From Robiginitomaculum sp. (GTDB lineage: Bacteria; Pseudomonadota; Alphaproteobacteria; Caulobacterales; Maricaulaceae), in NCBI GenBank assembly GCA_002733495.1, contig NVVV01000004.1, positions 32,806 through 96,805 on the forward strand: a stretch of DNA of 64,000 nt. The letters are read 5' to 3'. Both the position numbers and the translations under genes were made by a program. Below are positions 9,761 through 19,267 of this stretch, piece by piece. How positions within the stretch are numbered: position 1 is the first letter of the stretch; each line of letters starts with the position of its first letter. The notes under the pieces were generated by a model. That model had not been told where the DNA came from. It was given only the letters and a program-made list of their open reading frames with translations, and did no database searches.

Positions 9761-10804
9761 TCAGGCGTTTTTGGACGCACAAACTTTAATCACCAGACGC
9801 GCCAGCAGGTTATCAGGCAGGGCACCGCTTGATTTTATCGCGCGTTCTGTGGCCAGGCTATGGGAAAGAACTTGCCCCAAAGCCGGGGCTGACCAGCGTG
9901 AAAGCTGGCGAGAAAAATGCTGTTGGCGGATAAAGAAGACCGGCGGTCTGAGGTTGGCCATGGCCGCTTTGGCATTTTGACCCTGATCCAACACAGTGCG
10001 GGCTTCGCTAAGACGCATAAAATGGCGTTGAATGGCCCGCAACATGGCAATAGGCGATTGTCCTGCTTCTTTGGCCCGGGTTAGCTGCTGATCAGCAAGG
10101 GCATTATTCTGGTCCGCCAAGGCAAAGACAAAGGCATCAAGATTCTGATCCAGTGAATCGGTGACGACAGCCAGAACATCTGCAACGTCTATTTGAGCGG
10201 GCTCATTATTTGCTGCGTAGAGCATAAGTTTTTCAATTTCAGAGCGTGCAAGCGCACGATCCTGTGGCAGGCGGCTTGTCAGAACATCCAGAGCGCCATC
10301 TGCAAAACCCAAACCACTGGATTTACCGTCTTCCAGCGCCAACGTGCGTAGATCGGCCAGGCCGGGTGCATAGCAGGGTACCGTTATGGCGTTATTTCTG
10401 TCCTGTTCAATGGATTTTCGTAACGACGAGCGTGGCCCGAGGTCGCCCGCTTCAATAAGCAAAAGAGCAGCAAGGCGAAGCTCATTTTTATTCAGCGCAT
10501 CAAGCAGGCCTTTAACGACCTTTGCTGCCTGATCAGCGGTCGTTTTAAGGCGCACGACACATTTACCACCACCCAGGGGCAAGGCACTGAGACTATCTTG
10601 CAAAATGGCAGGATCGCTTTTGAGGTCATCCTGGCTTAAAAAAGTATGCGAAAACGGCCCCGAATCGGCGCCAAGGTGTTTCTGTTCCAGCAACTTAGTT
10701 CGTTCTGTCACCAGACCGTGGTCAGGGCCATAAAGTAAAATAACGCTGATTTTCGGGTCAGGGCTTTTTATAAAACCGCTAATTGCAGAGGCAGAGAGTT
10801 TCAA
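9761..10804 (-). CDS. holA: DNA polymerase III subunit delta
   Basis: 347 aa. The N-terminus reads ..VILLYGPDHGLVTERTK.. The leuS-lptE-holA operon order is conserved, and there is a 4-nt overlap with lptE. Confidence 0.8.
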   Translation of the reverse strand: MKLSASAISGFIKSPDPKISVILLYGPDHGLVTERTKLLEQKHLGADSGPFSHTFLSQDDLKSDPAILQDSLSALPLGGGKCVVRLKTTADQAAKVVKGLLDALNKNELRLAALLLIEAGDLGPRSSLRKSIEQDRNNAITVPCYAPGLADLRTLALEDGKSSGLGFADGALDVLTSRLPQDRALARSEIEKLMLYAANNEPAQIDVADVLAVVTDSLDQNLDAFVFALADQNNALADQQLTRAKEAGQSPIAMLRAIQRHFMRLSEARTVLDQGQNAKAAMANLRPPVFFIRQQHFSRQLSRWSAPALGQVLSHSLATERAIKSSGALPDNLLARLVIKVCASKNA

Positions 10805-11301
10805 TGCTCTTCCTGAGCGCTGGCAAAAAAGACGGCCAGGTCATTTAGAACTTTTTCTGCCAGTACAGATACTGCTGTTTCTTCGGCACCCTGTTCAGCG
10901 ACAAGCGCGCCATAAGGCTCGTCGGGGACATCAAACGCCGCCTGACTTTCAGCAAGGCCCCGATAAGCAATTTTTCCTTCACGATCACGAACGCTATAGC
11001 GGGCGCGAAGCGTCAGGCGTGAGCGCGTAGAGACATTATCAATACGAACACCCACATTGACCTGTGACTTGCTCAAAACCGTTTCCAGAACAAAGGTTCC
11101 TGATTCTCCTGTAACGATACCGCCCCGGTCTAAAAGCGCCTGAGAGAACAAAAACCCGGCACGGCCGTCTATAGGGGCAGCACTTAAGCGGTTAAAATTA
11201 GTGCGGACGCTGGTGTTTTCGCCATAGAGGGGTTGAAACCCGGCACAAGCCGTCAGAAAAAGTGCCAGAGTGATGGAAAAAAGAATTTTGAGCACGTTCA
11301 T
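10801..11301 (-). CDS. lptE: LPS-assembly lipoprotein LptE
   Basis: The signal peptide with lipobox (MNVLKILFSITLALFLTAC) points to the start at ATG 11301. The position between leuS and holA is conserved in proteobacteria. Confidence 0.75.
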   Translation of the reverse strand: MNVLKILFSITLALFLTACAGFQPLYGENTSVRTNFNRLSAAPIDGRAGFLFSQALLDRGGIVTGESGTFVLETVLSKSQVNVGVRIDNVSTRSRLTLRARYSVRDREGKIAYRGLAESQAAFDVPDEPYGALVAEQGAEETAVSVLAEKVLNDLAVFFASAQEEH

Positions 11302-11302
11302 A

Positions 11303-13849
11303 TCAATTGGCCACAATGTTAACGATGCGATCGGGCACCACAATGACTTTGCGGACCGTCAGGCCCTGTAATGCCCGAAGAGCACCCGCATTGGCAAGGG
11401 CAAGGGCCTCAACATTACCTTTGGCAAGGCCTTTTGCGGCCATAAATTCGCCGCGCCGCTTACCATTGATCTGTACGGGGATCATGATCTCTTCGTCTTC
11501 GCAAAGGGCGGGATCAAAGCTGGGCCAGGGGGCGCTGGCCACCAGGCCCTTGCCACCCAGAACTTCCCAGCAATTCTCAGCCAGATGGGGGGCAAAGGGG
11601 GCCAGTAATTGGGAAAAGATGCGCATAAGGGGCGTAACATCAATATCCTCAGGCGTTTTCCGTATGGCGTTAAGAAAATCATAAAGCCGGGCAATGGCGC
11701 GGTTAAAGCCAAAGCCCTCAATATCCTCACTAATGGCTTTAATGGTTTTGTGGCACAATCTCTCGATCTGCTTGTCTGGCACTTTATCACCAGAGCGTTC
11801 CGTTGCGGCGCAGGCATTGGCCCAGACCCGCTGTACAAAACGGTTTGCCCCCTCAACGCCTGCATCTGTCCATTCGACATCCCGCTCAGGCGGCGAGTCT
11901 GAAAGGACAAACCAGCGGGCAACATCGGCACCGTAGCGGGCAATGATGTCCTTGGGGTCAACGGTATTTAGCTTTGATTTGGACATTTTTTCAATGGCCC
12001 CGGCTTTAACCGCCTCGCCGGTATCGCGCTTGATCCATTGTCCGTCTTTTTTCTCAACCTCGGTGGGGAGCAACCAGTTCCCGTCTTTATCTTTATAGGT
12101 CTGGTGGGTCACCATGCCCTGGGTGAAAAGCCCGGCAAACGGCTCTCGGCCCTCAATGTCTAAAAGGCCACAATCTTTCATGGCGCGGGTGAAAAAGCGC
12201 GCATAGAGCAAATGCAAAACGGCGTGTTCAACACCGCCAATATACTGATCCACGGGCAGATAATATTTGGTCGTCTTTTGATCCACAGGATTGTCATCAC
12301 GCGGAGAGCAAAACCGGGCAAAATACCAGGACGAATCCACAAACGTGTCCAGCGTATCGGTTTCGCGGGTCGCTTTTGCGCCGCATTTGGGACAAGTGGT
12401 GGCCTTCCAGCCTTCATCACGTGTCAAAGGATTGCCTGGCAGGTCAAAACTGACCTCATCAGGCAAAATCACCGGCAGGCTTTCTTCTGCAACGGGGACA
12501 ACGCCGCAATCCTCACAATGAATGGCCGGTATGGGGCAACCCCAATAGCGCTGACGGGAGACGCCCCAGTCACGCAGACGATAATTGATAGTGCGCTTGC
12601 CCTGTCCGGTTTTCTCAATAGCATCAATGGCTTTTGGTATGGCCTCATCAACCGGCAGGCCGTCTAAAAAACCTGAATTGATAATCGTGCCACTGCCGGT
12701 ATAGGCGGTTTTTTCAATGAGGGCGTCTTCTTTGGTTTTGCCTTCGGGACAAACAACGGCCAGCACAGGCAGGTCATATTTGCGGGCAAAGTCCAGATCG
12801 CGCTGATCCCCGGCGGGACAAGCAAATATAGCGCCCGTACCATAATTCATCAAAACAAAATTGGCCGTCCAGACGGGCAGGGTTTTGCCTTCAATAAAGG
12901 GGTGTTTAACCCGAAGGCCGGTGTCCAGACCTTCTTTTTCGGCGCGCTCTACCGCCTCTTCGGTGGTGCCAAGGCGTGCGCACTTATCAGCAAAGCCTTT
13001 TAAGGCCGGATTGGATTTGGCCAATTGCGTGGTTATCGGGTGGTCTGGTGCCAGGGCAATAAAGCTAGCACCAAAAAGCGTATCGGGCCGTGTTGTATAA
13101 ACTTCGATCCCGTCAACACCTTCACACGGTGTCTTTTCGCCCAGCGCAAAGCTGAACTGCAAGCCCTCGGAGCGGCCAATCCAGTTGGCCTGCATCGTTT
13201 TAACCTTGTTGGGCCAGCGATCAAGATCATCAAGGCCGCGCAAAAGATCTTCGGCATATTCCGTGATCTTGAAGAACCACTGGGTCAGCTCACGGGTTTC
13301 CACCAACGCATTTGAGCGCCAGCCACGGCCATCAATAACCTGTTCATTGGCCAGAACCGTCTGGTCCACCGGGTCCCAGTTTACTTTTGACGATTTGCGG
13401 TAAACCAGCCCGGCCTTCCAGAAAGCCAGAAATATTTTCTGCTGTTGTCCATAATATTCAGGATCACAGGTTGCAAACTCCCGATCCCAGTCCAGCGCAA
13501 AGCCCAAGCGCTGCATTTGCTCGCGCATGGCGTCAATGTTTTCATAGGTCCAGGTTTTTGGCTGGGTGTTATTGGCCATGGCGGCATTTTCTGCTGGCAT
13601 GCCAAAGGCATCCCAACCCATGGGGTGCAGTACTGAAAACCCGTTAGCCAGACGGTATCGTGCCACCACATCGCCCATGGCATAATTGCGCACATGACCC
13701 ATATGAATTCGCCCCGAAGGGTAGGGAAACATTTCCAGCACATAGGCTTTGTCTTTGCCGCTGTCCTGGGGGTCTGCCTTGAAGACACCACCGTCAGTCC
13801 AGGCTTTTTGCCATTTTTTTTCACTGGCAGAATGGTTATAAAGTGTCAT
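11303..13849 (-). CDS. leuS: leucine--tRNA ligase
   Basis: 848 aa. Contains the HIGH-type motif [13 protein letters not shown], the KMSKS motif EKMSKSK, and a zinc-knuckle block CPKCG. Confidence 0.97.
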   Translation of the reverse strand: MTLYNHSASEKKWQKAWTDGGVFKADPQDSGKDKAYVLEMFPYPSGRIHMGHVRNYAMGDVVARYRLANGFSVLHPMGWDAFGMPAENAAMANNTQPKTWTYENIDAMREQMQRLGFALDWDREFATCDPEYYGQQQKIFLAFWKAGLVYRKSSKVNWDPVDQTVLANEQVIDGRGWRSNALVETRELTQWFFKITEYAEDLLRGLDDLDRWPNKVKTMQANWIGRSEGLQFSFALGEKTPCEGVDGIEVYTTRPDTLFGASFIALAPDHPITTQLAKSNPALKGFADKCARLGTTEEAVERAEKEGLDTGLRVKHPFIEGKTLPVWTANFVLMNYGTGAIFACPAGDQRDLDFARKYDLPVLAVVCPEGKTKEDALIEKTAYTGSGTIINSGFLDGLPVDEAIPKAIDAIEKTGQGKRTINYRLRDWGVSRQRYWGCPIPAIHCEDCGVVPVAEESLPVILPDEVSFDLPGNPLTRDEGWKATTCPKCGAKATRETDTLDTFVDSSWYFARFCSPRDDNPVDQKTTKYYLPVDQYIGGVEHAVLHLLYARFFTRAMKDCGLLDIEGREPFAGLFTQGMVTHQTYKDKDGNWLLPTEVEKKDGQWIKRDTGEAVKAGAIEKMSKSKLNTVDPKDIIARYGADVARWFVLSDSPPERDVEWTDAGVEGANRFVQRVWANACAATERSGDKVPDKQIERLCHKTIKAISEDIEGFGFNRAIARLYDFLNAIRKTPEDIDVTPLMRIFSQLLAPFAPHLAENCWEVLGGKGLVASAPWPSFDPALCEDEEIMIPVQINGKRRGEFMAAKGLAKGNVEALALANAGALRALQGLTVRKVIVVPDRIVNIVAN

Positions 13850-13879
13850 TATAAACCAAAACTTTCAAAGGCTTATGGT

Positions 13880-14344
13880 TTATCCCAGTGTGGATATTTT
13901 TAACTCACGAGCGCGGGTAAGGATTGCGTTTTCAATCTGCACTTCGGTATCGGGATCAACATCAGCATTGATCCAGTTTCCATTGTCGCTCTGAGTCTGT
14001 TTAAACACGGCAACTTTGATCGCATCAGCACGAAGCCGTGTATCCAAAATATAAACGGTTGCCTTGAAGCGCTCATTTGGCGTTGAGGATTCGCTATACC
14101 AGCCGGTAATGATCACACCGCCATAAGGATCAGCAGACGTCAGGGGCATGAATTCGATGGTTTCCAGCGCGGCACGCCATAAAAAGCTGTTTACGCCAAT
14201 GCCAGCAACGGCTTTGGAACTTTTGAACAGGCCGCCGGAGCGCCTTCCACCTGTATCTGTCTTATTTTTACTGCCAAAAACGGAACAAGACGCCAATGCG
14301 GTAGCGGCAAGAAGGATAACGGCAATGCGAACTTTGGCGCGCAT
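13880..14344 (-). CDS. DUF3576-like lipoprotein
   Basis: The signal peptide and lipobox (MRAKVRIAVILLAATALASC) fix the start at 14344. The body (NSFLWRAALETIEFMPL..DPYGGVIITGWY) matches the alphaproteobacterial DUF3576 family as I recall it. Confidence 0.65.
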   Translation of the reverse strand: MRAKVRIAVILLAATALASCSVFGSKNKTDTGGRRSGGLFKSSKAVAGIGVNSFLWRAALETIEFMPLTSADPYGGVIITGWYSESSTPNERFKATVYILDTRLRADAIKVAVFKQTQSDNGNWINADVDPDTEVQIENAILTRARELKISTLG

Positions 14345-14778
14345 AGATTTTCTCCACAGGGAACGGCAAGACTGCCATATATACAATTCGATAGCGTGTA
14401 TACCATGATCATTGCCTGAGACCAGTCTTGGTTTACAGAGAGCGGTGCGGTATTTCTGTTAAAGGTTTGTTGCTCTGAGGACACAATGCCGAAGAAGCAT
14501 GAGGGCAAAGCCTCTTTTATCTTGACCGTGGTTTCCCTATCGTTCATGGAAAATGCAGGCGTCCGGGGGATGGGGCTGCTCGCTACCGGTCACAGAATGC
14601 CCATAATTAAGGGGTTATGTTCTGTGACCGGCACGCGGACATGCTACCAAGGGGCTTTGTACGGCTTAAAGTTGCATTAAAGTGTTTTGTAGACTTTAAT
14701 GCATTCTTGACGGGATTGAGTTAGGCTGCATCAGTTCTTATATATGGTGCAGCAAAGAAAAAAGGGACCGGACACAGC

Positions 14779-15264
14779 ATGAAGCCCATGCCGTCCATAT
14801 TGGCCGCACTGGCCCTTAGCATACTTGCCGGACCCGTTTTGTCTGATGAGGCTGGAGATGTGCGCCCTGTTGCACCTGATGCTGAGGCCGTAAAAGCCGC
14901 GCTGGCCGTCACGGCGCTGACAGAAACGACTTTGCCATGGAACCGCGCCTTTACTGTGCGCGCAGAGAGTCGCGAACAAGCACAAAGCGCGGTATCCATA
15001 CGCTCACCCGGCGTGGCCATTCCAGCCACAAGCAAATGGGGCGTTACGGTCAATTTTGACCTTAAAGACACGGCTTTTAAAAAAATGGACAGGATGAGCG
15101 CGGGCGCTTATTTTGACATTAGCCCGCGTATTCGCCTTGGCGGCAGCCTGAGCTTTAGTGCTCCTGGGGACCTTCGGGTCTCAACGCCGGGCGACCGGGT
15201 TTTACCGACAGCGCTCGGCGAAAATGAATCCGCTGTGCGCATAGAGTCTTCAATAAAATTCTAG
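14779..15264 (+). CDS. secreted hypothetical protein (signal peptide, C-terminal ..SSIKF)
   Basis: Has an N-terminal signal peptide (MKPMPSILAALALSILAGPVLS). The sequence is Ala/Ser-rich and ends in an aromatic residue, as beta-barrel or periplasmic proteins often do. I do not recognise a family. Confidence 0.5.
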   Translation: MKPMPSILAALALSILAGPVLSDEAGDVRPVAPDAEAVKAALAVTALTETTLPWNRAFTVRAESREQAQSAVSIRSPGVAIPATSKWGVTVNFDLKDTAFKKMDRMSAGAYFDISPRIRLGGSLSFSAPGDLRVSTPGDRVLPTALGENESAVRIESSIKF

Positions 15265-15290
15265 AACGTTTCTGAACGGTTGTGCCGCGC

Positions 15291-16241
15291 CTATGCAGAG
15301 GCCTGCCCCGTATCTGGCGATCTGTGTTCCTCGTTCTTTTCGACATTGACGGTCGATATTGAGGGTGTCACTGGTTCGGCCATAGGGGCAATCGGCTGCG
15401 CAATTTGGCTTTTGCATATTGCGTCCATGCGCATGGACATGCGCAAACGATCACGAAAAGCATTCACCAGGCCAGTAATTAAAAGAAGGCCAAGAACGGG
15501 CGCATACCAATAAAGTACAGCCCCTTGCGCACTGTCATAGCCAAACATATGATTTTTAAGAATAAACAAGCATAAGATAAAAGCCGGAATGGTGATAAGT
15601 CGCCAGGAACGATAAAAAAGGATCATCACCATTATCAGTGTTGCCAGCAAGATTATGGCACCCTGATCTTGCATGGAGCCAAAGGTTGCATTGGTTTGCA
15701 GGGAGAATGACGGCCATGGCACCCAGGCGTATAAGGCGTTCATGGCAGTGGTAATGAAACTGAATATAGGGCGCAGGGGTTCAAAATAAGCATCATTTAA
15801 AGAGGTCAGATATTGCGAAATATCGCGCGCGTAAAACCCGCACTCAGTAGCAATCGCGCCGAGAATAAGAAAGACAAAGCTCGTCCACCAAAGGGTCGTG
15901 CGGCTAACTTTTGATTTTTTTAATAGCTTAGGCAAAGTCAAAAGGCATTGACGCTCACGCTGTGTGCGGTTGATAATTGCGGCCAGAAAAGGGGGTTTTC
16001 CATTTCTGGGCGTAACGTAAACCTGGGTGATCACATCATCCTGGGCGCAAGACATGTTCCAGTTCTGTGTCCGGGTTTCCTTTATTGAGCCATCTTTGAA
16101 GCGCAAAACAAGTTTGTTTTCATCGGCCTCAGCACTTTGTTGATTAGCAGCCGTAGCGACGACCATGGCGTCCTCAAGCGAGAACCGCACCAGTCTGCGA
16201 CCGTATTTCTGTTCGCGTAAATGTGGTGAAAGCACGCTCAT
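15291..16241 (-). CDS. hypothetical integral membrane protein (soluble N-terminal domain plus about 5 TM helices)
   Basis: A 316-aa ORF from ATG 16241 (MSVLSPHLREQKYGRR..). It has hydrophobic helices from about residue 130 onward and no recognisable motifs. Confidence 0.55.
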   Translation of the reverse strand: MSVLSPHLREQKYGRRLVRFSLEDAMVVATAANQQSAEADENKLVLRFKDGSIKETRTQNWNMSCAQDDVITQVYVTPRNGKPPFLAAIINRTQRERQCLLTLPKLLKKSKVSRTTLWWTSFVFLILGAIATECGFYARDISQYLTSLNDAYFEPLRPIFSFITTAMNALYAWVPWPSFSLQTNATFGSMQDQGAIILLATLIMVMILFYRSWRLITIPAFILCLFILKNHMFGYDSAQGAVLYWYAPVLGLLLITGLVNAFRDRLRMSMRMDAICKSQIAQPIAPMAEPVTPSISTVNVEKNEEHRSPDTGQASA

Positions 16242-16469
16242 ACCACCCCCAAAGGACACCCTAGCGCACAAAAAACAGAAAAAAAACGGATGACTCCTCA
16301 GAGGAGAATCCAAAAACAACTCTGTTTACGATATAAAGACATCTTTATATCATCTTGTCATGGCTGTCCGTCATTGATATAGGCAGCACAGAACCGGGCC
16401 AGCGCCCGCGCGTCAGGATGACGGCTTTCCTGCCCGCATTTGCTTTAATGCCGAAAATAACTAGGACGC

Positions 16470-17771
16470 ATGACAATGACTGCGCAAAACGACTATAAAG
16501 TCAAAGATATCAGCTTGGCCGAATGGGGTCGCAAGGAAATTGACATTGCCGAGGTGGAAATGCCGGGCCTGATGTCAATCCGCGAAGAGTTTACCAAAGA
16601 GCAGCCCTTAAAGGGCGCGCGGGTCACCGGCTGTTTGCACATGACCATTCAAACCGCTGTGTTGATTGAAACCTTAACTGCGCTAGGGGCCGAAGTGCGT
16701 TGGTCTTCGTGCAATATTTTCTCAACCCAGGATCAGGCCGCTGCGGCCATTGCCGCCAGCGGCGTTCCGGTTTTTGCCTGGAAAGGTGAAACCGAAGAAG
16801 AATATGAATGGTGTATCGAGCAAACCATTAAAGGCCCCGATGGTTGGGCACCGAATATCCTGCTGGATGATGGTGGCGATCTGACCTTGATGCTGCACGA
16901 AAAGCACCCGGAATTGTTGGATGATATTGTTGGTGTGTCCGAAGAAACCACCACCGGCGTGCACCGTCTTTATGAAATGGCCAAAAAGGGCGCATTGAAA
17001 ATCCCCGCCATTAACGTTAATGACAGCGTAACAAAATCCAAATTTGATAACAAATACGGCTGCCGGGAAAGTCTGGTCGACGCCATCCGTCGGGGCACCG
17101 ACGTGATGATGGCTGGCAAGCTCGCCGTGGTTTGCGGCTATGGTGATGTGGGCAAAGGGTCCGCCCAAAGTCTCGCTGGTTCTGGCGCGCGGGTGATTGT
17201 GACCGAAATTGACCCGATTTGCGCTTTGCAGGCCGCTATGGACGGCTTTGAAGTGCGCCGTCTTGATGATGTGGTGTCTAATGTGGATATTATTGTCACC
17301 ACAACCGGCAATAAGGACATTGTTACTGCCGATCATATGCGAGCGCTCAAAGACATGGCGATTGTCTGTAATATCGGTCATTTCGATAATGAAATTGCCG
17401 TCGCCGACATGAAAAACTACAAATGGACCAATATTAAGCCGCAAGTGGACATGATTGACCTGCCGTCTGGCAATCGCATGATCCTGTTGTCCGAAGGCCG
17501 TCTGGTTAATCTGGGCAATGCCACGGGCCACCCCAGCTTTGTCATGTCCGCCAGCTTTTCTAATCAGACTTTGGCGCAGATCGAGCTTTGGAAACACGGC
17601 AGTAAATACGACAATCAGGTGTATACCCTGCCCAAACATCTGGATGAAAAAGTCGCACGTTTGCACCTGGCCAAATTAAGCGCAGACCTGACCATCCTGA
17701 CCGATGCTCAAGCAGAATATATCGACGTAAGTGTCAACGGTCCCTATAAAAACGACGCTTACCGGTATTAA
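16470..17771 (+). CDS. ahcY: adenosylhomocysteinase
   Basis: Contains [24 protein letters not shown], the NAD motif [16 protein letters not shown], and the C-terminal YRY. 433 aa, i.e. the short form without the insertion. Confidence 0.95.
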   Translation: MTMTAQNDYKVKDISLAEWGRKEIDIAEVEMPGLMSIREEFTKEQPLKGARVTGCLHMTIQTAVLIETLTALGAEVRWSSCNIFSTQDQAAAAIAASGVPVFAWKGETEEEYEWCIEQTIKGPDGWAPNILLDDGGDLTLMLHEKHPELLDDIVGVSEETTTGVHRLYEMAKKGALKIPAINVNDSVTKSKFDNKYGCRESLVDAIRRGTDVMMAGKLAVVCGYGDVGKGSAQSLAGSGARVIVTEIDPICALQAAMDGFEVRRLDDVVSNVDIIVTTTGNKDIVTADHMRALKDMAIVCNIGHFDNEIAVADMKNYKWTNIKPQVDMIDLPSGNRMILLSEGRLVNLGNATGHPSFVMSASFSNQTLAQIELWKHGSKYDNQVYTLPKHLDEKVARLHLAKLSADLTILTDAQAEYIDVSVNGPYKNDAYRY

Positions 17772-17798
17772 GACCGATTACATAGAAAAGTTAGAGGA

Positions 17799-17828
17799 GC
17801 GGGATCTGGAAACGGGTCCCGCTTTTTT
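17799..17828 (+). terminator. rho-independent terminator of ahcY
   Basis: The stem GCGGGA (17799-17804) pairs with TCCCGC (17817-17822) and is followed by TTTTTT (17823-28). It sits 28 nt after the ahcY stop. Confidence 0.6.
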
Positions 17829-17904
17829 ATCGGCAACACCACGCCCCGCCGTCATCGACTCAGTTGTTGCTATTTGTTTTGATCCCGGATTCCAGCTAAT
17901 TCAC

Positions 17905-18089
17905 TTGGTTTCCTCCTCCGCTTGCGGGGGAGGTGCCCCGAAGGGGTGGTGGGGGGATTTTGCAGCAAGGCTGCAAGTTGAGACACGCAACGGCGGTTCT
18001 CCTTGTCGATGGTACGGGATTTATGACAACAAAGCCCCCCTCCGAGCGCATTCGCGCCCACCTCCCCCGCAAGCGGAGGAGGAAACCAA
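17905..18089. repeat. MITE-like element or long hairpin: 185 bp with perfect 31-bp terminal inverted repeats
   Basis: TTGGTTTCCTCCTCCGCTTGCGGGGGAGGTG (17905-17935) is the exact reverse complement of 18059-18089. A further imperfect pairing lies inside (GGGGGGATTTT / CAAAGCCCCCC). The only ORFs across it are mirror-image artefacts. Confidence 0.6.
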
Positions 18090-18150
18090 AACTATCCATG
18101 TGTAACTTCCCTGCGTTGCAATGACGAAAGGCGGTAAGGATTCTACGTCT

Positions 18151-18438
18151 TTAATCCCCGCTTCTCACCGGCTCATCATTGCCAAACCATGTGCCTTCGA
18201 ACACTACGCCATAGACATTTATGTCTTTAAGGTGCATGGGCGGCACCTGGTAAGGGTTTTCTTCGAGCACCGCAAAATCGGCTTTTTTGCCAGGTGCTAA
18301 CGAGCCAATATCGGCTTCAAGGCCAAGCATTCTTGCAGCATTTATGGTAATGGCGCGCATCGCCGAGTCGATGGAAATGCGTTGCTCTGGTGCCATCAAA
18401 TGCCCCTCCATATTGACCCGGTTGAGCGCAATCCTAGT
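18151..18438 (-). pseudogene. amidohydrolase-family remnant (C-terminal ~95 aa only)
   Basis: ..MEGHLMAPEQRISIDSAMRAITINAARMLGLEADIGSLAPGKKADFAVLEENPY... is the C-terminal end of metal-dependent amidohydrolases, which are normally 400-550 aa. An in-frame stop sits 9 codons upstream of the Met. Only 40 bp separate it from the next gene. Confidence 0.6.
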
Positions 18439-18478
18439 TTAGACATATATCATTGGTCGGGCGTTTCGTTACCGGGCG

Positions 18479-19237
18479 TTATTTATGCTTTTTCTGATAC
18501 CGGCTCTGGATCACATCGGTAATAACAATCACCGCCAGTACAAAGTAAAAGGTAGTCTTGCTCATCGCCTCTACGGCAAAGCCAAAGAGTTTGATATGGG
18601 CGAGATGTCCGCCTTCAGTAACCAGCAAAATACCGACAAGGAACAGGATAAAAAGGCCCATGACCTCATACATGCGGTTCTTTTCCAAAAAACTGGCCAC
18701 ATAATCGGAAAGCCAGATCATCAACAGCCCGGATATGACAATGGCTGTGGCCATAATGGCAAAAACATCCGATAGCGCCATGGCCGACAGGATTGAGTCA
18801 AAGGAAAACACCAAATTCATGGTGACAATCCAAAAGAGCGCCTTGGTAACCGAGCCACCCGGCTTGTGTTCGCCCTCAAGGTTTTCAACGCTTAAAAGGT
18901 GGCTGATTTCCTTGGTGGCGGTATAAATGATAAAGCCGCCGCCGATCAGGGTGATCAGACTATGTACGTTAAAGGTGCCCGTGAAAACACCATTAAAGCC
19001 GACGGTGAAGACGGGCGCTGAAAAAGCGCTAACGGCGTGCAGAACCACAAACAACAGCGCGATGCGAAAGAAAATGGCAATGCCAATACCCGCATGGCGG
19101 ACAAAGGCTTGCCTGCTTTTCTCTACGCGTTTGGATTCAATAGAAATATAAAGAAGGTTGTCAAACCCAAGCACCGCCTGCAGGGCGACCAGCATCAGCA
19201 AAGTGAAAAAGTTTTCCGGGGTAAAAAGGGCGCTCAT
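18479..19237 (-). CDS. TerC family integral membrane protein
   Basis: ..LVALQAVLGFDNLLYISIES.. and ..SFDSILSAMALSD.. are the duplicated TerC signature helices. 252 aa. Confidence 0.8.
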   Translation of the reverse strand: MSALFTPENFFTLLMLVALQAVLGFDNLLYISIESKRVEKSRQAFVRHAGIGIAIFFRIALLFVVLHAVSAFSAPVFTVGFNGVFTGTFNVHSLITLIGGGFIIYTATKEISHLLSVENLEGEHKPGGSVTKALFWIVTMNLVFSFDSILSAMALSDVFAIMATAIVISGLLMIWLSDYVASFLEKNRMYEVMGLFILFLVGILLVTEGGHLAHIKLFGFAVEAMSKTTFYFVLAVIVITDVIQSRYQKKHK

Positions 19238-19267
19238 TCATCTCTCCTGATAAAGCGAGCGCCTTTT

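Noticed and set aside
14486-14680. A 64-aa ORF in the long spacer upstream of 14779.
   Set aside because: It has no RBS and an odd composition, and it spans the 12-bp-arm hairpin. The region is more likely non-coding regulatory sequence.
16352-16469. A possible SAH riboswitch in the ahcY leader.
   Set aside because: I could not find the conserved SAH-riboswitch blocks (for example CAACGGCGCUCA and the AGGCUC pseudoknot partners). Only loose GC-rich similarity is present (..AGCGCCCGCGCGUCAGGAUGACGGC..). A covariance-model scan would settle it.
16722-17666. A 314-aa ORF on the minus strand.
   Set aside because: It is entirely antisense to adenosylhomocysteinase. The translation is low-complexity (His/Gly/Asn/Phe-rich) with no motifs, so it is a typical shadow ORF of a GC-rich gene.
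17731-18124. Four overlapping ORFs of 60-124 aa on both strands (for example 17731-18105 + and 17896-18099 -).
   Set aside because: They are generated by the long palindrome. The translations mirror each other (..PPPQAEEE.. / ..LRLRGRW..) and there are no start signals.
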